Shown: piece by piece, positions 11,760 through 23,911 of the stretch | Position numbering within the stretch: position 1 is the stretch's first letter | How the letters are laid out: the number at the start of each line of letters is the position of its first letter | NCBI GenBank assembly: GCA_024137785.1 | Contig: JAHRHZ010000004.1 | Span: 11,418,393 to 11,482,392 of the forward strand | Direction: 5' to 3' | Length of the DNA stretch: 64,000 nucleotides | Source: Ginglymostoma cirratum | Taxonomy: Eukaryota | The notes under the pieces: generated by a model | Database searches by the model: none | What the model saw: only the letters and a program-made list of their open reading frames with translations | Told to the model about the DNA's origin: nothing | Made by a program: the position numbers and the translations under genes

Positions 11760-13142
11760 ATGTGGTGTTGTTGGCTGTTCATCTGCTGGCAGTGCATTCC
11801 TGAGTTGATGGTCCTTCTCTGGCAAGTATTGTTCTTCAGGTGAATGTTGTTTCTATGGTAATTGTTGTTGTTCCACTTCGATTGTTGAGATACAATGAAT
11901 CCCAAGGACTAATGGTCATTTTGTGCTCTCATATCTTCCTAATCAGCTGTCAATAGTGAAGGTACAGCCCCTCCAATTGGTTGCGTATTTCTGTGGTTGT
12001 CAGGATGTAGCTGGTCCATGAATTCCTCTTATTGTGGTGGAAACCGCTCCCAAGTTGTCATGTAGGTTGACTCTTGTTCATATCAACCACTTGCATTCTG
12101 ACTGGCTCTCCAATGCCTAGATCTGGGAACAAATTCATCATTTTAACAAAATGAATTTGGCTTACTGTCTTTTTATTCTTGTTGCAGGGTCCTGTAAAGA
12201 CTTTAAGGTTTAACAAGTTTTTGGTGATTCGAGAAAATGTTTGAGTGCAGCATGATATTTGATAGTTAGACTGGATTACTTTCTACATGATCAGTGGATG
12301 CATTTCTTCACTCTTTACCTTTATACATGATGATGCCAACCTGTTGTATGGTGGAGAGTACATTGTCAGAGCCAATGCCTGGCTTCTCCTCAGCAGCCAT
12401 CTTTTATAGATTTGTTTTGCTTCCTGAAGCTAATTATTTGCATGAATAGTAATTCAACTCCTTGCAAGCAAACGATCACTTATCCACTGCTACGCCTGCT
12501 TCATTTTCTTTTGTGTAATCTCTTCTGCAATATGTACATACTGTATTCTGGCCTCAATCTTTCTGCTGGCCCTTCTGAAAATATTTCTTCCTTTTCTTCA
12601 TTATGTTCGTGTTAGGCCTGGACTGTCTCTCTTCAAAATGTAAAGCTTCATCCATTCTAGCATTAGTACTCTTTAGCTAATGATTCAAAAACTCAGCTTT
12701 TGTGCATATCGTTAGATTTTTTGAGGGTAGGATGCTTCTCTCTCAGCAGACTCGGTCTCATGGCAGAATCCCTTAAAGATAATTGTTATCTTTGCTGACA
12801 TTAGCATTTTTCATTTATCCAGACTCACTGGTATCAGCTGGATTTGATAGCCCACTCACACACTGATCACTGTTCTCCCTCTAATTTAATATTAGTACAG
12901 GATTAAAAACGTGGCTTTAAGGCATTCAAAATTTCTTGAATCAGGTTTTTCTGCTCCTCAGTAAAGTGTAGTTTATCATACTCTTTCCCCAGTACTGGTA
13001 ACAAAGAGTCACTCTTATTTGTTCAGACATCTTACTTAATTAAATAGCTATTTCATAATTTTGTTGAGACTAGACAGAGTTCCTTTTGCTTTCTCATATC
13101 ACTGTTCATTTCTATATCACGAATTAGTACATTCCTGGCCAT
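11760..13142 (-). pseudogene. Decayed Ty3/Gypsy LTR-retrotransposon remnant: gag followed directly by integrase C-terminus
   Basis: Manual minus-strand translation across frameshifts: MARNV..IEMNSD, SQQNYEIAI*LSKMSEQIRV, LHFTEEQKNLIQEILNALKPRF, SLLREKHPTLKKS, zinc-knuckle-like CTYCRR...ACKELNYYSC; then LFPDLGIGEPVRMQ and YHRNNIHLK (integrase tail). Protease, RT and RNase H not seen. Confidence 0.7.
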
Positions 13143-13431
13143 TTTGACCTACCCTGTACTTTAAACGTTGCAGACTGCAGTCAACATTTCCTTTCAGCTG
13201 CATGGCTGCTTCATAGTTCTGTGCATGGAGATCAGCTTCAGCAATGCTGATCGAGACATTGACTTCCACTTCCAGGAGTCACTACTACACACAGACCTTG
13301 GATGCACATGTAACCAGAAAGAAAATGAGACAGAACATTAGCTGCAATTCTAATTCTTCTTTACTTTTCTTTTACAATACCTGGCTTTCTTACAGCTCTG
13401 AAAATCGGCACAATTTCAGTTTCATACTTAT

Positions 13432-13789
13432 AGAATAGAACTCATAGAACCATTACAGTGCCGAAAGAGGCTGTCAGCCCATCAAGTCTGCACCAATCCT
13501 TTAAAGAGTATCCCACCCAGACCCAGTTCCCACCCTAACCCCATATTTCCCATGGCTAATCCCCCTAGCATACATACACATCCCTGAATGCTATGGGAAG
13601 TGTAGCACGGCCAATCCATCTGACCTGCACATCTTTGCACTGTGGGAGGAAACAAGAGCACCTGAGAACCCAAAACAGGCACAGGGAGAATATGCAAGCT
13701 CCCTGCAGACAGTTGCCCCAGGGTGGAGTCAAAGCCAGATCCCAGACACAGTGAGGCAGCAGTGCTAACCACTGAGCCACTGTGCACCC
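13432..13789 (-). mobile_element. HE1/V-SINE-like SINE
   Basis: GAGGCAGCAGTGCTAACCACTGAGCCAC identical to the copy at 3392-3725; V-domain-like core and CR1-like tail present. Confidence 0.85.
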
Positions 13790-14479
13790 AAACCTTCTGA
13801 TACCATGTTTCATGTAGCGTATTTAATGGCTACTCATTCTAAAAGAACATAACTTACAGCAGAAGACATAGTTAAGGCAAGTCATAGGTGTACGGTGCCC
13901 TTACGAATGTGTTTCCTCAAACATTTATTTTGGAAGGTGCTGCAATATCCTTCAAATGAGATAGTAAACCACGGTCAAATTAGCCTCAACATAAAATATC
14001 ATACAATCCTCTCTTTATTAATACCAACAAAAACACTACAAATGCCCATTAATGTTCTGGCTCTGTATAGGACATAGTTGCAGTATCTGGTAGCTACATT
14101 TACCCTCGTGGCATTTGAAAAGCAATTCTTTATATGAAGACGCACTGTAAGAGTAGGCATTCAACCTCAGCCAATCCCTACTCTGAAGACAGATAATGAG
14201 CACTCCACTTATTGCTTCTATACACACGGAAAATGCCATAACCTTCTCCCATCTAATCCAGACTGAAGTCCGTATTCTTCCAATCCTTTGTCACTGATAT
14301 CTTGACCACATGTGGTTACCAAATGTCTTATTAACACAAGTGGGTTCATCCATGGTGTGACTCTGAACCAACAAGTGCAGCAGATGTTCTCATTTCTTTA
14401 CTTGTGACTTTATAACATTTGTGGGAAGAATACTCCCTAATACTACCTGCAGTCAAAGATGTTCACATTCAAAGAACTG

Positions 14480-14850
14480 AATTCCAGAGGAAGAGTAACT
14501 GCCCTTGATATTGAGGTACCGTTTCACTGTGCAATCATAACAAATTGGAACAAAAATAAGAATCAGGGTGAAAATCTCCACTAACTGGAGTCAAGAAAAG
14601 AAGGATCACTGGACCTGAAACTTTAATTCTGTTTTCACTCCTCAGATGCTGCCAGACCTGCTGAGTTTCTCCAGCAATTTCTGTTGTTGTTTCTGATATA
14701 TAGCATCGGCAGTTCTTAGGTGTTTCTCTAAAGGAAGATGGTTGTGGTTGTTGGAAGCCAATTAACTCATCACCAGGATTTTGCTGTAAGAATTCCTCAG
14801 GGCACTTTTCCAGATCCAACCATCTTCAACTACTTCATCAGTGACCTTCA
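14480..14850 (+). mobile_element. CR1-like RT fragment, interrupted at about 14598-14729
   Basis: ACTGCCCTTGATATT ('ALDI') and GAATTCCTCAGGGC...CCAACCATCTTCAACTACTTCATCAGTGACCTT ('IPQG..PTIFNYFISDL'); homologous to 26843-27325. Confidence 0.65.
14598..14729 (+). mobile_element. Penelope-like terminus, family 2, single arm
   Basis: AAGGATCACTGGACCTGAAAC...AGATGCTGCCAGACCTGCTGAGTTTCTCCAGCAATTTCTG matches family-2 arms. Confidence 0.7.
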
Positions 14851-15184
14851 GCTTAGATTTCTAGCACCGAGAGACACACAAAGCTGGCACAGACTTACAT
14901 ATGTCTGTTTTCTGTAGCTTGTTATTATTGGAACAGGTCACTGTTCCGAACCCAGAGGCAATAGCTTGAGGAGTGGCACACTGCATCAAGCATGGATGAC
15001 TAGGAGTCTCGCTCTCTCTTACCATCTATGAAAGGAATACTGGAAGGATTTGTAATTTGAGCCTATGAGAAACTTTTCATGAGCTAAGGTGTCTTCAGAA
15101 CACACAGAGTTAACACACATGTCAAAAAACATTGACTCACAACCCGGTCTGATGCAACTTATATCCATCCTTCAATCCCTTCCT

Positions 15185-15560
15185 TATGATACTGATTAAG
15201 GCAAAGGGGATGAATAGATCGAGCAATCATTCCTATGGCAACCTACGGGACACATTCCTTTTGGAGACGCGCCCACTCAGGCTAATTACATTCTTAACTT
15301 GCCTAAGAAACAGCATGCTAATTAGATGCTTTACCAGCTTCATTACATTAGCTTCACTGGTTAGATGATTTTACGTTTGTAATTAATTCAGAAAACACCA
15401 CAGATTGAGGGCAGCTCATTAAATTTCATTTAAATATGTGTTTTGCTCTCTTCTTTTTACCTCCAAATTTGAGTCGGTTGTTGCAAAAGTGAATGTGTAA
15501 AGCCACCTGTCATGTTGCAAACAGATCTAATAGAGCTGGCACACTATTTATTGACATCTA
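15185..15560. promoter_or_regulatory. Candidate enhancer / CNE
   Basis: Repeat-free; RFX X-box-like ATTCCTATGGCAAC 15229-15242, CTAATTAG palindrome 15318-15325, GTAATTAATT 15379-15388; CpGs retained. Confidence 0.35.
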
Positions 15561-15966
15561 TTCTAGTTTCTTACCAATTCTCTCTCCCCTGTATTTGATT
15601 GGACTGGACATTCTGGGATGAACTTCTTAGCATTTTCCCCAGAACAAGTGCCATGATTCAATGAGATGTCCGTTGTTTTGTTTCTTTCATTATGCAATGT
15701 GGGTTGGACAATGGCCTTCTCTATGAACATCTCCATGTCATGTTCTTTCAATGATATACACTGTCCGAGTTGTCAAATTCCACGACACCTTTGGAAGCAT
15801 GTGCTTTGATTTCTAAAGTTTTCTCCCCGACAACTTACCCAAAGCTGCTGACTTACCCTTGTGTACATTATTGTCATTTTGACAAACCTCCACATTTATG
15901 ATTGAGATAACAAGCATGGGGCTGGATGAACACAGCAGGTCAAGCAGCATCATAGGAGCAGGAAAA

Positions 15967-16000
15967 CTTGACGTTTCGGGCCTAAACCCTTCATCAGAAA
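15967..16000 (-). ncRNA. Minimal hammerhead ribozyme motif (minus strand)
   Basis: Reverse complement reads UUU-CUGAUGA-AGGGUUUAGGCCC-GAAAC-GUC-AAG. Confidence 0.65.
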
Positions 16001-16003
16001 ATC

Positions 16004-16039
16004 ATTTCTGATGAAGGGTTTAGGCCCGAAACGTCAAGT
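16004..16039 (+). ncRNA. Minimal hammerhead ribozyme motif (plus strand)
   Basis: CUGAUGA 16008-16014, GAAAC 16028-16032, GUC 16033-16035; identical to 12-47. Confidence 0.7.
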
Positions 16040-16154
16040 TTTCCTGCTCCTATGATGCTGCTTGACCTGCTGTGTTCATCCAGCCCCACACCTTGTTATC
16101 TCGGATTCTCCAGCATCTGCAGTACCTTTTATCTCTGATACATTTATGATTGAG

Positions 16155-17340
16155 CTGGTGCCTGGCGATTCTACAATGACAATGTCATTGACTATCAGGG
16201 TGGGATAATCAGGCTTTTTACTGCAGATGATTATTGCCCAGCACTTGAGTTGCCCCTTGACATGTATCAGCTATAGATTTAATGTTGTCCACATATTGTT
16301 TTATGTGAGCTTGCTTTATTACCTGAGGAGTTCCAAATGGAACCGAACAATCATTAGTGAGCATCTCCACTTCTGATCTTATGATGGAGGGAAGGCCATT
16401 GATTAAAGGAGCTCTTGTGATAATGACTAATATCCTATCTCTGCTCCAGAGGGTTGGGGTTCAAGTCCCACTCTCGGACTTGAAGCTGTACTCATAACAC
16501 AACCTAACAGGTTAATTGTCAACATACAGATCCTTTCAATGTGTCACCTTTGGCAGATGGTATGTGAGGAAGAAACAGTGTTTTGCCATGCTTGATACAG
16601 AGTAGCACTCCTCGAGGTGCAGCGTCTGGGTTATATCGCCATGGAATCATACAGCACAGAAGAGGCCCTTCAGCCCACTGAGTCTACACTAATCACACTT
16701 TCCAGTACTTGGCCCATAGCCTTGAATGTTATGACAGTTCAAGTGCTCATCCAGAGACTTTTTAAAGGTTGTGAGGTTTTCTGCCTCTATTACTCCCCCA
16801 GGTACGGCATTCCAGACCAACCTGTGCCAATGAAAACAAGCTACAGAAAAAGATAAATGTAGGTGCATTGTCATCCTAGTACGTCTTTAGATATTAGAAG
16901 TCTTCTAAGTCTAAGGTCCTCAATGAAGTAGTTAAAGACGGTTGGAACTGGAACTCTGCCCTGAGGAATTCCTGCGGCAATATCCTGGTGATGAAACGAT
17001 TAGCCTCCAAAAACCATAACCACCTCCTCTTATACTTTGACTCCAGCCACTGGAGATTTTCACACTATTCTTACGGATTTCAATTTAAGGTTTCGCTCTC
17101 AATCAAATGTTATCTCGATATCAAGTGCAGTCACTCTCGCCTCAGGAATTCAGTTCTTTGTGACCAAGGTTGCAATGAAGTGTGAATCTGAGATGTCCTG
17201 GCTGCAAGCAAACTGAGCTTAGATGATCGGATTATCATTGAGTTAACCTCCCATTCAGCTATCCCAGTCAGGTTTGTTGGAATCAGCAAGTGTGGCTGCC
17301 TTGCCATCACTTTGCTGATGGGGTAGTAGTTGGTTGCATC
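16155..17340 (-). mobile_element. CR1-like RT remnant split by a short SINE (about 16415-16620) and a CR1 3' end (16640-16820)
   Basis: CATCTCCACTTCTGATCTTATGATGGAGGGAAGG and CCCTGAGGAATTCCTGC are antisense to the RT region seen at 26930-27050. Confidence 0.6.
16640..16820 (-). mobile_element. CR1 LINE 3' end
   Basis: ORF 16689-16874 contains VWNAVPGGVIEAENLTTFKKSLDEHLN..IQGYGPSTGKCD, a CR1 C-terminus. Confidence 0.8.
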
Positions 17341-17444
17341 AAGATATGGGCAATTTTCCCCCTTCTCGCTAGTAAGATCCTGCAAAAGTCAATAAATGAA
17401 TAAGCGGACAATTCTTACTTGATGCACAATGAATAAGACCGTTG

Positions 17445-17625
17445 GACAGTTCCCTTCACTTTGAATTGAATCATATGAGCCTTCATATCAACTTCAGTAG
17501 ATAAATGGAACCTTAGTTTATGAAATGGGTACCATTGTAATGCAGCAATCCCTCAATACTGCACTAAACCATCAGCTAAATCCGTACACTCAAATCTGAT
17601 AACTTTCTGATTTGGAGGCTGTTTG
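17445..17625 (-). mobile_element. Degenerate DeuSINE-like fragment
   Basis: GCAGCAATCCCTCAATACTGCACT and CCTTAGTTTA are antisense to motifs in the 55600-55990 copy. Confidence 0.4.
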
Positions 17626-18072
17626 AGTCAAAACAATTTTCCCATCTGAGTTGTACTCTGTGGAGCAGTTCAAATTAGTAAGATGATCCTAAATTTAATC
17701 CACCAATGATATTGTGAATGGAAACCAAACAGCATCTGTTTCTGAATTGAAAATTGATGTGTAATTAAGCACAATCCAACATCGGACTAGGATTCTAATG
17801 GACTGCACAAGTGTAAACGGTCAGACATCAGGCAGTTACACAATCCTCTAGACTAGTGAACCTGTTATTTAACGGATCTTCATGGGAAAAAGTGACAGAT
17901 AATTTGTCTGCAAGCCTGTGATAGGGTTGAGTCAACTGTATTTAGGATTAAATTTCCTATACACTAATGAAAATCATGCATAAATCTTCATGCTCCTTGA
18001 GCCAAAGATTTTGCTGAACACTTAATGAAAGAGGGCTCTTTTAAATACATAAATGTTAGGGTAGGATTTAAC

Positions 18073-18185
18073 TTAGAACATAGAACAGTACAGCACAGTT
18101 CAGGCCCTTCAGCCCACGATGTTGTGCCGAACTTTTACCCTAAACCTAAGGTCTATCTAACCTCCACCCCTACCTTATACTATCA
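18073..18185 (-). mobile_element. CR1 LINE extreme 3' end
   Basis: TAGAACATAGAACAGTACAGCACAG...GGCCCTTCAGCCCACGATGTTGTGCCGA: reverse complement of a CR1 tail with short terminal repeats. Confidence 0.7.
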
Positions 18186-18639
18186 TTTGTCTCTTTCAAG
18201 TTTCCAGCACACATTTAGTAACTATAGGGAAATATATAGATGTTTCCACAAGACAGTTGTAAATTGAAATTGTGAGGTTGGCACTTGGTTGGTTCATCAT
18301 TTCAGTCTTGTTCCATGCTCTAGCTTTTACATTGCTCTAACTAACCATTCCTATAAAACTTACAGAACAAGAGCTTTCATTATGGCTTACAAGAAGACCA
18401 GCTGCTAAGAAGGGAGAGAAAGGGGAGAAACCATTGACCAGTTAACTGATTGGGACAAACCCAAGGGTAGCATTGTCTAGTGATTCTCTTGACACAGATG
18501 AAATAAAGGAAAAGAGAGAATAATCCAGCTGATCTGTTTGTTTGGACATAAGTTATTGGACTGAATTCTTAACAAACAATTAAAGTGATCTATAGAGGAA
18601 ATCTTCATGGCTTTAAAGACAGCAAACAAGCAATGGCCT

Positions 18640-19330
18640 GCTCTCAAATGTAAATTGACTCCGAGCTAATTCTGAACTGTGTAATTCCTATTCCTCTTTC
18701 CGAGTCATTTAAAGCATGCACGGTAAGGGATGTTTTATTCTTGGCAATTTTTCTCCTATTTTGGGAAAAAATTCTGCAGCTCTTCCCAAACATCTGAGGG
18801 CAGATAAACACAGGATTTGCATTCTGAATCAATGAAATTATTTTTGACAGCATGGTTCAGGTTTTGCAGGTAATGTGATAAATGCAAACTTCAACCAGAA
18901 TGACACATCAGTCACTGTGACAGAAACCTTTCAGTCGGCCCGGTAGGTGGACGCAGCATTTAATGATTTTATTCCCTTGCCACCCACTAACAGACAAATG
19001 GGCTGGCTGGCATTCACAGGGTTAAACTGCTCCAGCCTGTGAGCGGAGGCAGCCTGTGACTTTTCAGGCAGCTTTGATCCCTTCAGGTATTCCACTATTG
19101 TCTAGAGATATAACGGCAGCCTGTCAGCCCTCTGTCAGGGGCCTAATCTTTTTTCTGTGTGCCGTGAATGGTCCCAGTGCCATGTCAGGGCAACACGCCG
19201 ACTGCCTATTCTTGCTCCCAACAGAATGCAATCATTCGACAACCTGATGATAATTCACTCTCTGACCAGCTTTTACAAAAGGTGCTTGCTCAATGCTGTT
19301 AGCACAGCAAGATAAATCATGTACTTCAAA
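18640..19330. promoter_or_regulatory. Candidate CNE / enhancer
   Basis: About 700 bp repeat-free, many retained CpGs, multiple TGACAG/CTGTCA (TALE-type) sites, CTTTGAT (TCF-type) at about 19072. Confidence 0.4.
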
Positions 19331-20029
19331 TTAACTTCTATTGAAGAAAATAAAAGCAGTGGTCAGGCAAGGAGTTAGAAGAAAGATGACTAGGGTTGAT
19401 AAATGTCAATGCATATAATTTGGCTGTGATTAAGATCTTATCTTAGTAGGAACTAAATGGAAAGGATTTAATAAAATTCCAGCAAGGAGACCCTGGCATA
19501 CAGCAATGTCAGTGTGTTTGTGAAGTTGTTTTTTGTTTAACAGGAGAAAAAGGCCTGAACAGTGAGAGCCAGGAAGGAAGAAACTGATATTCAGGGTGTC
19601 AAGCAAAGGGATTAGTGACCCCAGGTGAAGCCAGCGCACTCTCTTTTTTTTTATTTTCCTTTTCAGACCAGAAAATCTTGCACAAATAACATCTATGTTA
19701 GGGAGAAAGAGAGAAAGGGAAACATGGGAACAAGAGAGGAAAGTTGAGCGCAGTTGGTCAGCAGAGAAGGTCTCTCTTTAGATCTTGGGGCTATTCCAGA
19801 TCCAAAACATGAGGCGGGTCATGGTGCCAGGGGAGTGGATGAGTCAGGCATGGTGCCCATTCCTGATGATTATCCAGAGACTCCTACTGCAGCGCAAAAG
19901 CAAAGTACTTTGGGTTCTGCCAATTTGGAAAATTTAACTGCAAATGCTGGAATACTCTGCAAATCTATCTATGGAGGGGAAAATTCAGTTCACATTTCAG
20001 ATCTGTAAGGTTGGGTGATCTAAAGATGG

Positions 20030-20428
20030 AGGGGGTGGTGGATTGGTTTTGACACTAAACTTGCAATCCAGAATCCCAGGCTAATGCTATGGAATAATGG
20101 TTTGAGTCCCACCACAGCAGAGAAGTATGAATAAGTGAAATATGATTCTAGGTTTTCATTGATTTAATAACAGGCCTCATGGTGATCATATAGCCACTAT
20201 CAATTGTCACAAAATCCCCTATATTCACTAATATACTTCAGGAAGGAAATATGTCATCCTTATTTGGTCTGTCCTACATCTGAATCTAGACACACGTCAA
20301 TGTGCTTGACTCTTAATTGCCTTGTAAAGTTGTGCTAGAAAGCGTAGTCAGTTTGTGTAGCGGTTAGTGATGGGCAATAAATGCTAACCCAGTCAGCATT
20401 ACATGCGCACTGTGAATAAATTAAGAAA
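20030..20428 (+). mobile_element. tRNA-derived SINE, family B
   Basis: GGTTTGAGTCCCACCACAGCAGA, TCACTAAT...GGAAGGAAAT and GATGGGCAATAAATGCT tail. Confidence 0.7.
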
Positions 20429-22814
20429 AGAGGTGTTGGTACCTTAACTGGCAGGAACCCCAGACTGAAGTCATGGAATGGGGGCTTGGCAGCAATGCCT
20501 AGGTGGCCCTGCCAACCTATGTTCTATCTTTTGAACATGAGACCCACCACCACATCTTACCCATGAGACTGTTAGCAACCAAATAAAGTTTGCTTTTTAC
20601 AGTTTCTGGGTGATTACTGCCCTATCCATCACTGGATGAAACCCAGCACTGATGGGATAAGACCCTTAAAGGGTCACTAAATACTGAGTCTGCTTTACAA
20701 AGTTCACCTTCCACTGGTGGTGAGCCCAAGTGAGGCCCTCAATGGGCAGTAAAGCCATGTCTCAATTGCAACAAAGCAGAATGGCTGTTCATGCGTCGTC
20801 TTCTTAATCAAGGTGGATGAAAGAAAATACAAAGTCCCCAGTCAGCACCTTCTGCTTGATTAAATTCTAGCCTCTTACCTTGAATCATCCTTCAGGACAG
20901 TGATTTAAATTCCACTCATTAACTCTGTTTCTCTTGTCACAAAGGATGACAGATATGCTGAATATTTCCAGCACATTTTTGTTTCTATTTCAGACTCTTC
21001 TTGTGAAGTGGGGTAAGAACAGGCTCAAACTCAGCTCTGATGCTCCCCTAGAACAGAATTAATTTAGGAATAAATGGGCAAAGTAACGATTTGGATCATG
21101 CACAGGAAGTAGGTTGGCCCAATGGAATTGTGCTTCAGTAACGTTCAGCCTCTTCAGGATTGGGAGGTGGTGGTAAGGATGGAAGGGGCCCACTAGGAAA
21201 TAAAAATTGCACGTATTTAAAGGAAGCACACCACTAGAAGAAGATGAGAAGTGGAGGGGGATGTTTCACTCTCACACCTGAGTAGAAAGTAATTCTGCCC
21301 TTCAGGTCAAGTTTGGGGCATTTAATCAGATAGGAACATGCAAAGTGTAAATGTCATCTCTTTCCCATGGCTTGTAGACTCATCTCTCAATTCCAATTAA
21401 GCTCCTTATGTGGAAACACTGAAGGTTGTCAACCCACCACCAATAGTGTTCAGGGAGTGGAAGGGCTCTTATGTAGCAGTGCTGGTGTTCCCTATCTCTG
21501 AGCCAGGAGACTTTGGTTCAAGTCCCACCTTCTCCAGAAGTGCGCATCACCTCCGAATAGCTTGATTATGAAATTAACCAGTGATAGACAGGACAATGGC
21601 CTTGTAAAAACATTTTACAACCAAATGGGGGCTCCCAGGTCAAGGGTGTCCCTTATTGAAAGAAACTCCCTGTTTGGCCAAGGGACCTAGCGTGGGAAAT
21701 AAGATTCAGCTGAGAGCTACGCTCTTGCCTCGTTGCCAATGCCTCCTCTCTGCCCTGTACTGCAACTTCCATTTGGCATTACAATTCCACTCTCAATCAC
21801 CCATTGCCTCATTGATCCTAGGCCTTAGTGTGTGCATCACTGGTAGCTGCCAACACTTCACCGGGTTCACATTGTGCGCAAGACACAGCTCTCCATCTCT
21901 GCCTGGCAGCTCTAGGGATGATTGAAGCAGCAACATTTCCAATCCCCATGGTCCTTGCTCAGCAATGGCTAACTGCTGGTCACCTAAGTGTATGAGGGTG
22001 CCTAATTTGGTGAGGCTTCTTTGAAGGAAATGATGCGGGGCACAAGAAACCTCCCTCTCTACACACTCCCCACACTACACATCATCTGCATGAAATGCCA
22101 ACTCTGCTCTCTGTCTCTAAGAAACATTAGTGTAACAATACAACTCACCAACAGCCTCCACTAGTAGCTTTTAAATATTTATCAGTCTGGAGGGAGTGGT
22201 GTTCTCATGGCCTGGGAAACATTCCCAGTCTCTGATGCATTCTTTCAGACCAGAGAAGTATTTTATGTGCACACATTTAATAAAACATGCTTTGCCAAAA
22301 ATCACATGGAAGAAGAGCCAACTCTCCCCTGATGTGATGCTATGTACTCGTTGACAAAATCAATTTGCTGGATACTTTATACTGGATGAGATTGCTATAC
22401 AGGAAAAATGTGTGATATAGAGCCAAGCATTGCTATTCTCTTGGGCAAAAATATTTTGACAAAGCTGTTTTTTGGCATTTCAGGCAGATGCCCAGTGTAA
22501 GGATAATGAAACAGGTCATTACTTCCTTCGTAACTTGATACCGTCACAATGTTCTTCTTCCCCAGCCAACTACCCCCAAACATTAAAAAAAGGTCCTTTT
22601 CCATTAAGGTTATGTTTCTTCAGTTTCTTGAAAACTCAATTCCCTTTGAAATCTTCTTATTTGTTCTCCTTCTACAATCCAGGTTCAAAGTGTACCAAAG
22701 CTGGACATTCACAGCAACATTACAAAGGTGTTACATCATGTCATCTGGATCTGAAGAGAAAGGGCTTACATAGATACTACTAACCACCATTTAGGAATGT
22801 GAAAATACATTAAC

Positions 22815-23090
22815 AGCAGCTTGTATCTCTAAAGCTCCTCTTGATGTATAAAAACGTCCACAGATATTTCTCCAGGCCACCTTCAAATTGTTAGACACGG
22901 AAAAGTGAGAGATATTAAATGGTTCTTTAAAAGCTTGGTCAATGATGTGAGTTTTATGGAGCACCTAAGAGGGTGAATGAGAAATGCAGAAATGATGAGG
23001 TTTAAGTGGTACGTTCTGGAGTGTGCAGTTCAAACACTAACCACACAGCCTACAATGATGGAGTGAAGCTAAGGAAAGATGTAGAAAAGA
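22815..23090 (-). mobile_element. L2-like 3' remnant
   Basis: Parallels 6136-6400 (CTTGTATCTCTAAAGCTCCT...AAAAGCTTGGTCAATGATGTGAG). Confidence 0.45.
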
Positions 23091-23911
23091 AATTCACTTT
23101 CTACTTTAGCTCTTTTATTTGGCATTAGTCACTAAATTGAGCTATCTTAATGGTAAAAAGCCAAGAAAGACAGTTCCTTTTTAAAATCCATTCTTGGGAT
23201 GTGGTTGTTGTGGGAAGCTGACTTTTGTTAACTGTCTTGGCCTGAGAAGAGTGTGATGGGTTTACTACAATGTCACAGTTTGATACAATGCAATGGTTTG
23301 TTAAGTAATTTTGGATGGTATTTAAAAATCAACAATGTTGATGTGAAATATATGTCTGGTAATCCCAACTGGATATGAACAGCAAGTCTCTTTCACTACA
23401 TTTGGATGCTTATAAAAATTTGACAGCTTCATGGTCACTTTTACCGATCTAATTTTGTAACTCATTTCAAATTGGCAAGTTGTCATGGTAAGATTTGAAG
23501 ACAAGCTCTCCTAGATTAGGGGTAGCGACCTCAAAATTGTCAATTTGGTAGTATAACCATTATGTGGTCAAACCCTCTCCTGAGACCGAAAAGAGAAAAA
23601 CAAAATCGAAGTGAATACAAGTAGTAATACTGAAGTAAAGCCAAGTTTGTGTTTCTAAAGCATTTAGATTATAGAGAGAGGAGAAGACTGAGGGAAGTAA
23701 ATTCTATTATTGAAATTTATTACCTGATTCCTAATTTGTTCAAAGTTCCATTCATCTGGCACCCTGACTTCCGATTAGCTCCTGGTCTCAAACACCTTTT
23801 TTCAAATTTAACATTCTCGCATGTATTCAAATTTCTCCTTGCCTCACCCATCCTTGTTTCTATAACCTCCTCAGAACCACAATCGTCCAGCAACTAATCC
23901 ATAAAGTCATT

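Larger units (their letters stand above)
15904..16139. mobile_element. Fold-back (palindromic) Penelope-like terminus, family 1, with 15-bp TSD
   Basis: Arms 15904-16000 and 16005-16102 are near-perfect inverted repeats around ATCA; direct repeat ACATTTATGATTGAG at 15892-15906 and 16140-16154. Confidence 0.85.

Noticed and set aside
15904-16102. Pre-miRNA or DNA-transposon MITE interpretation of the hairpin
   Set aside because: One arm carries an extra 3' tail, the TSD is 15 bp and single-arm copies exist, which fits retrotransposition. Small-RNA production is not excluded but has no support here.
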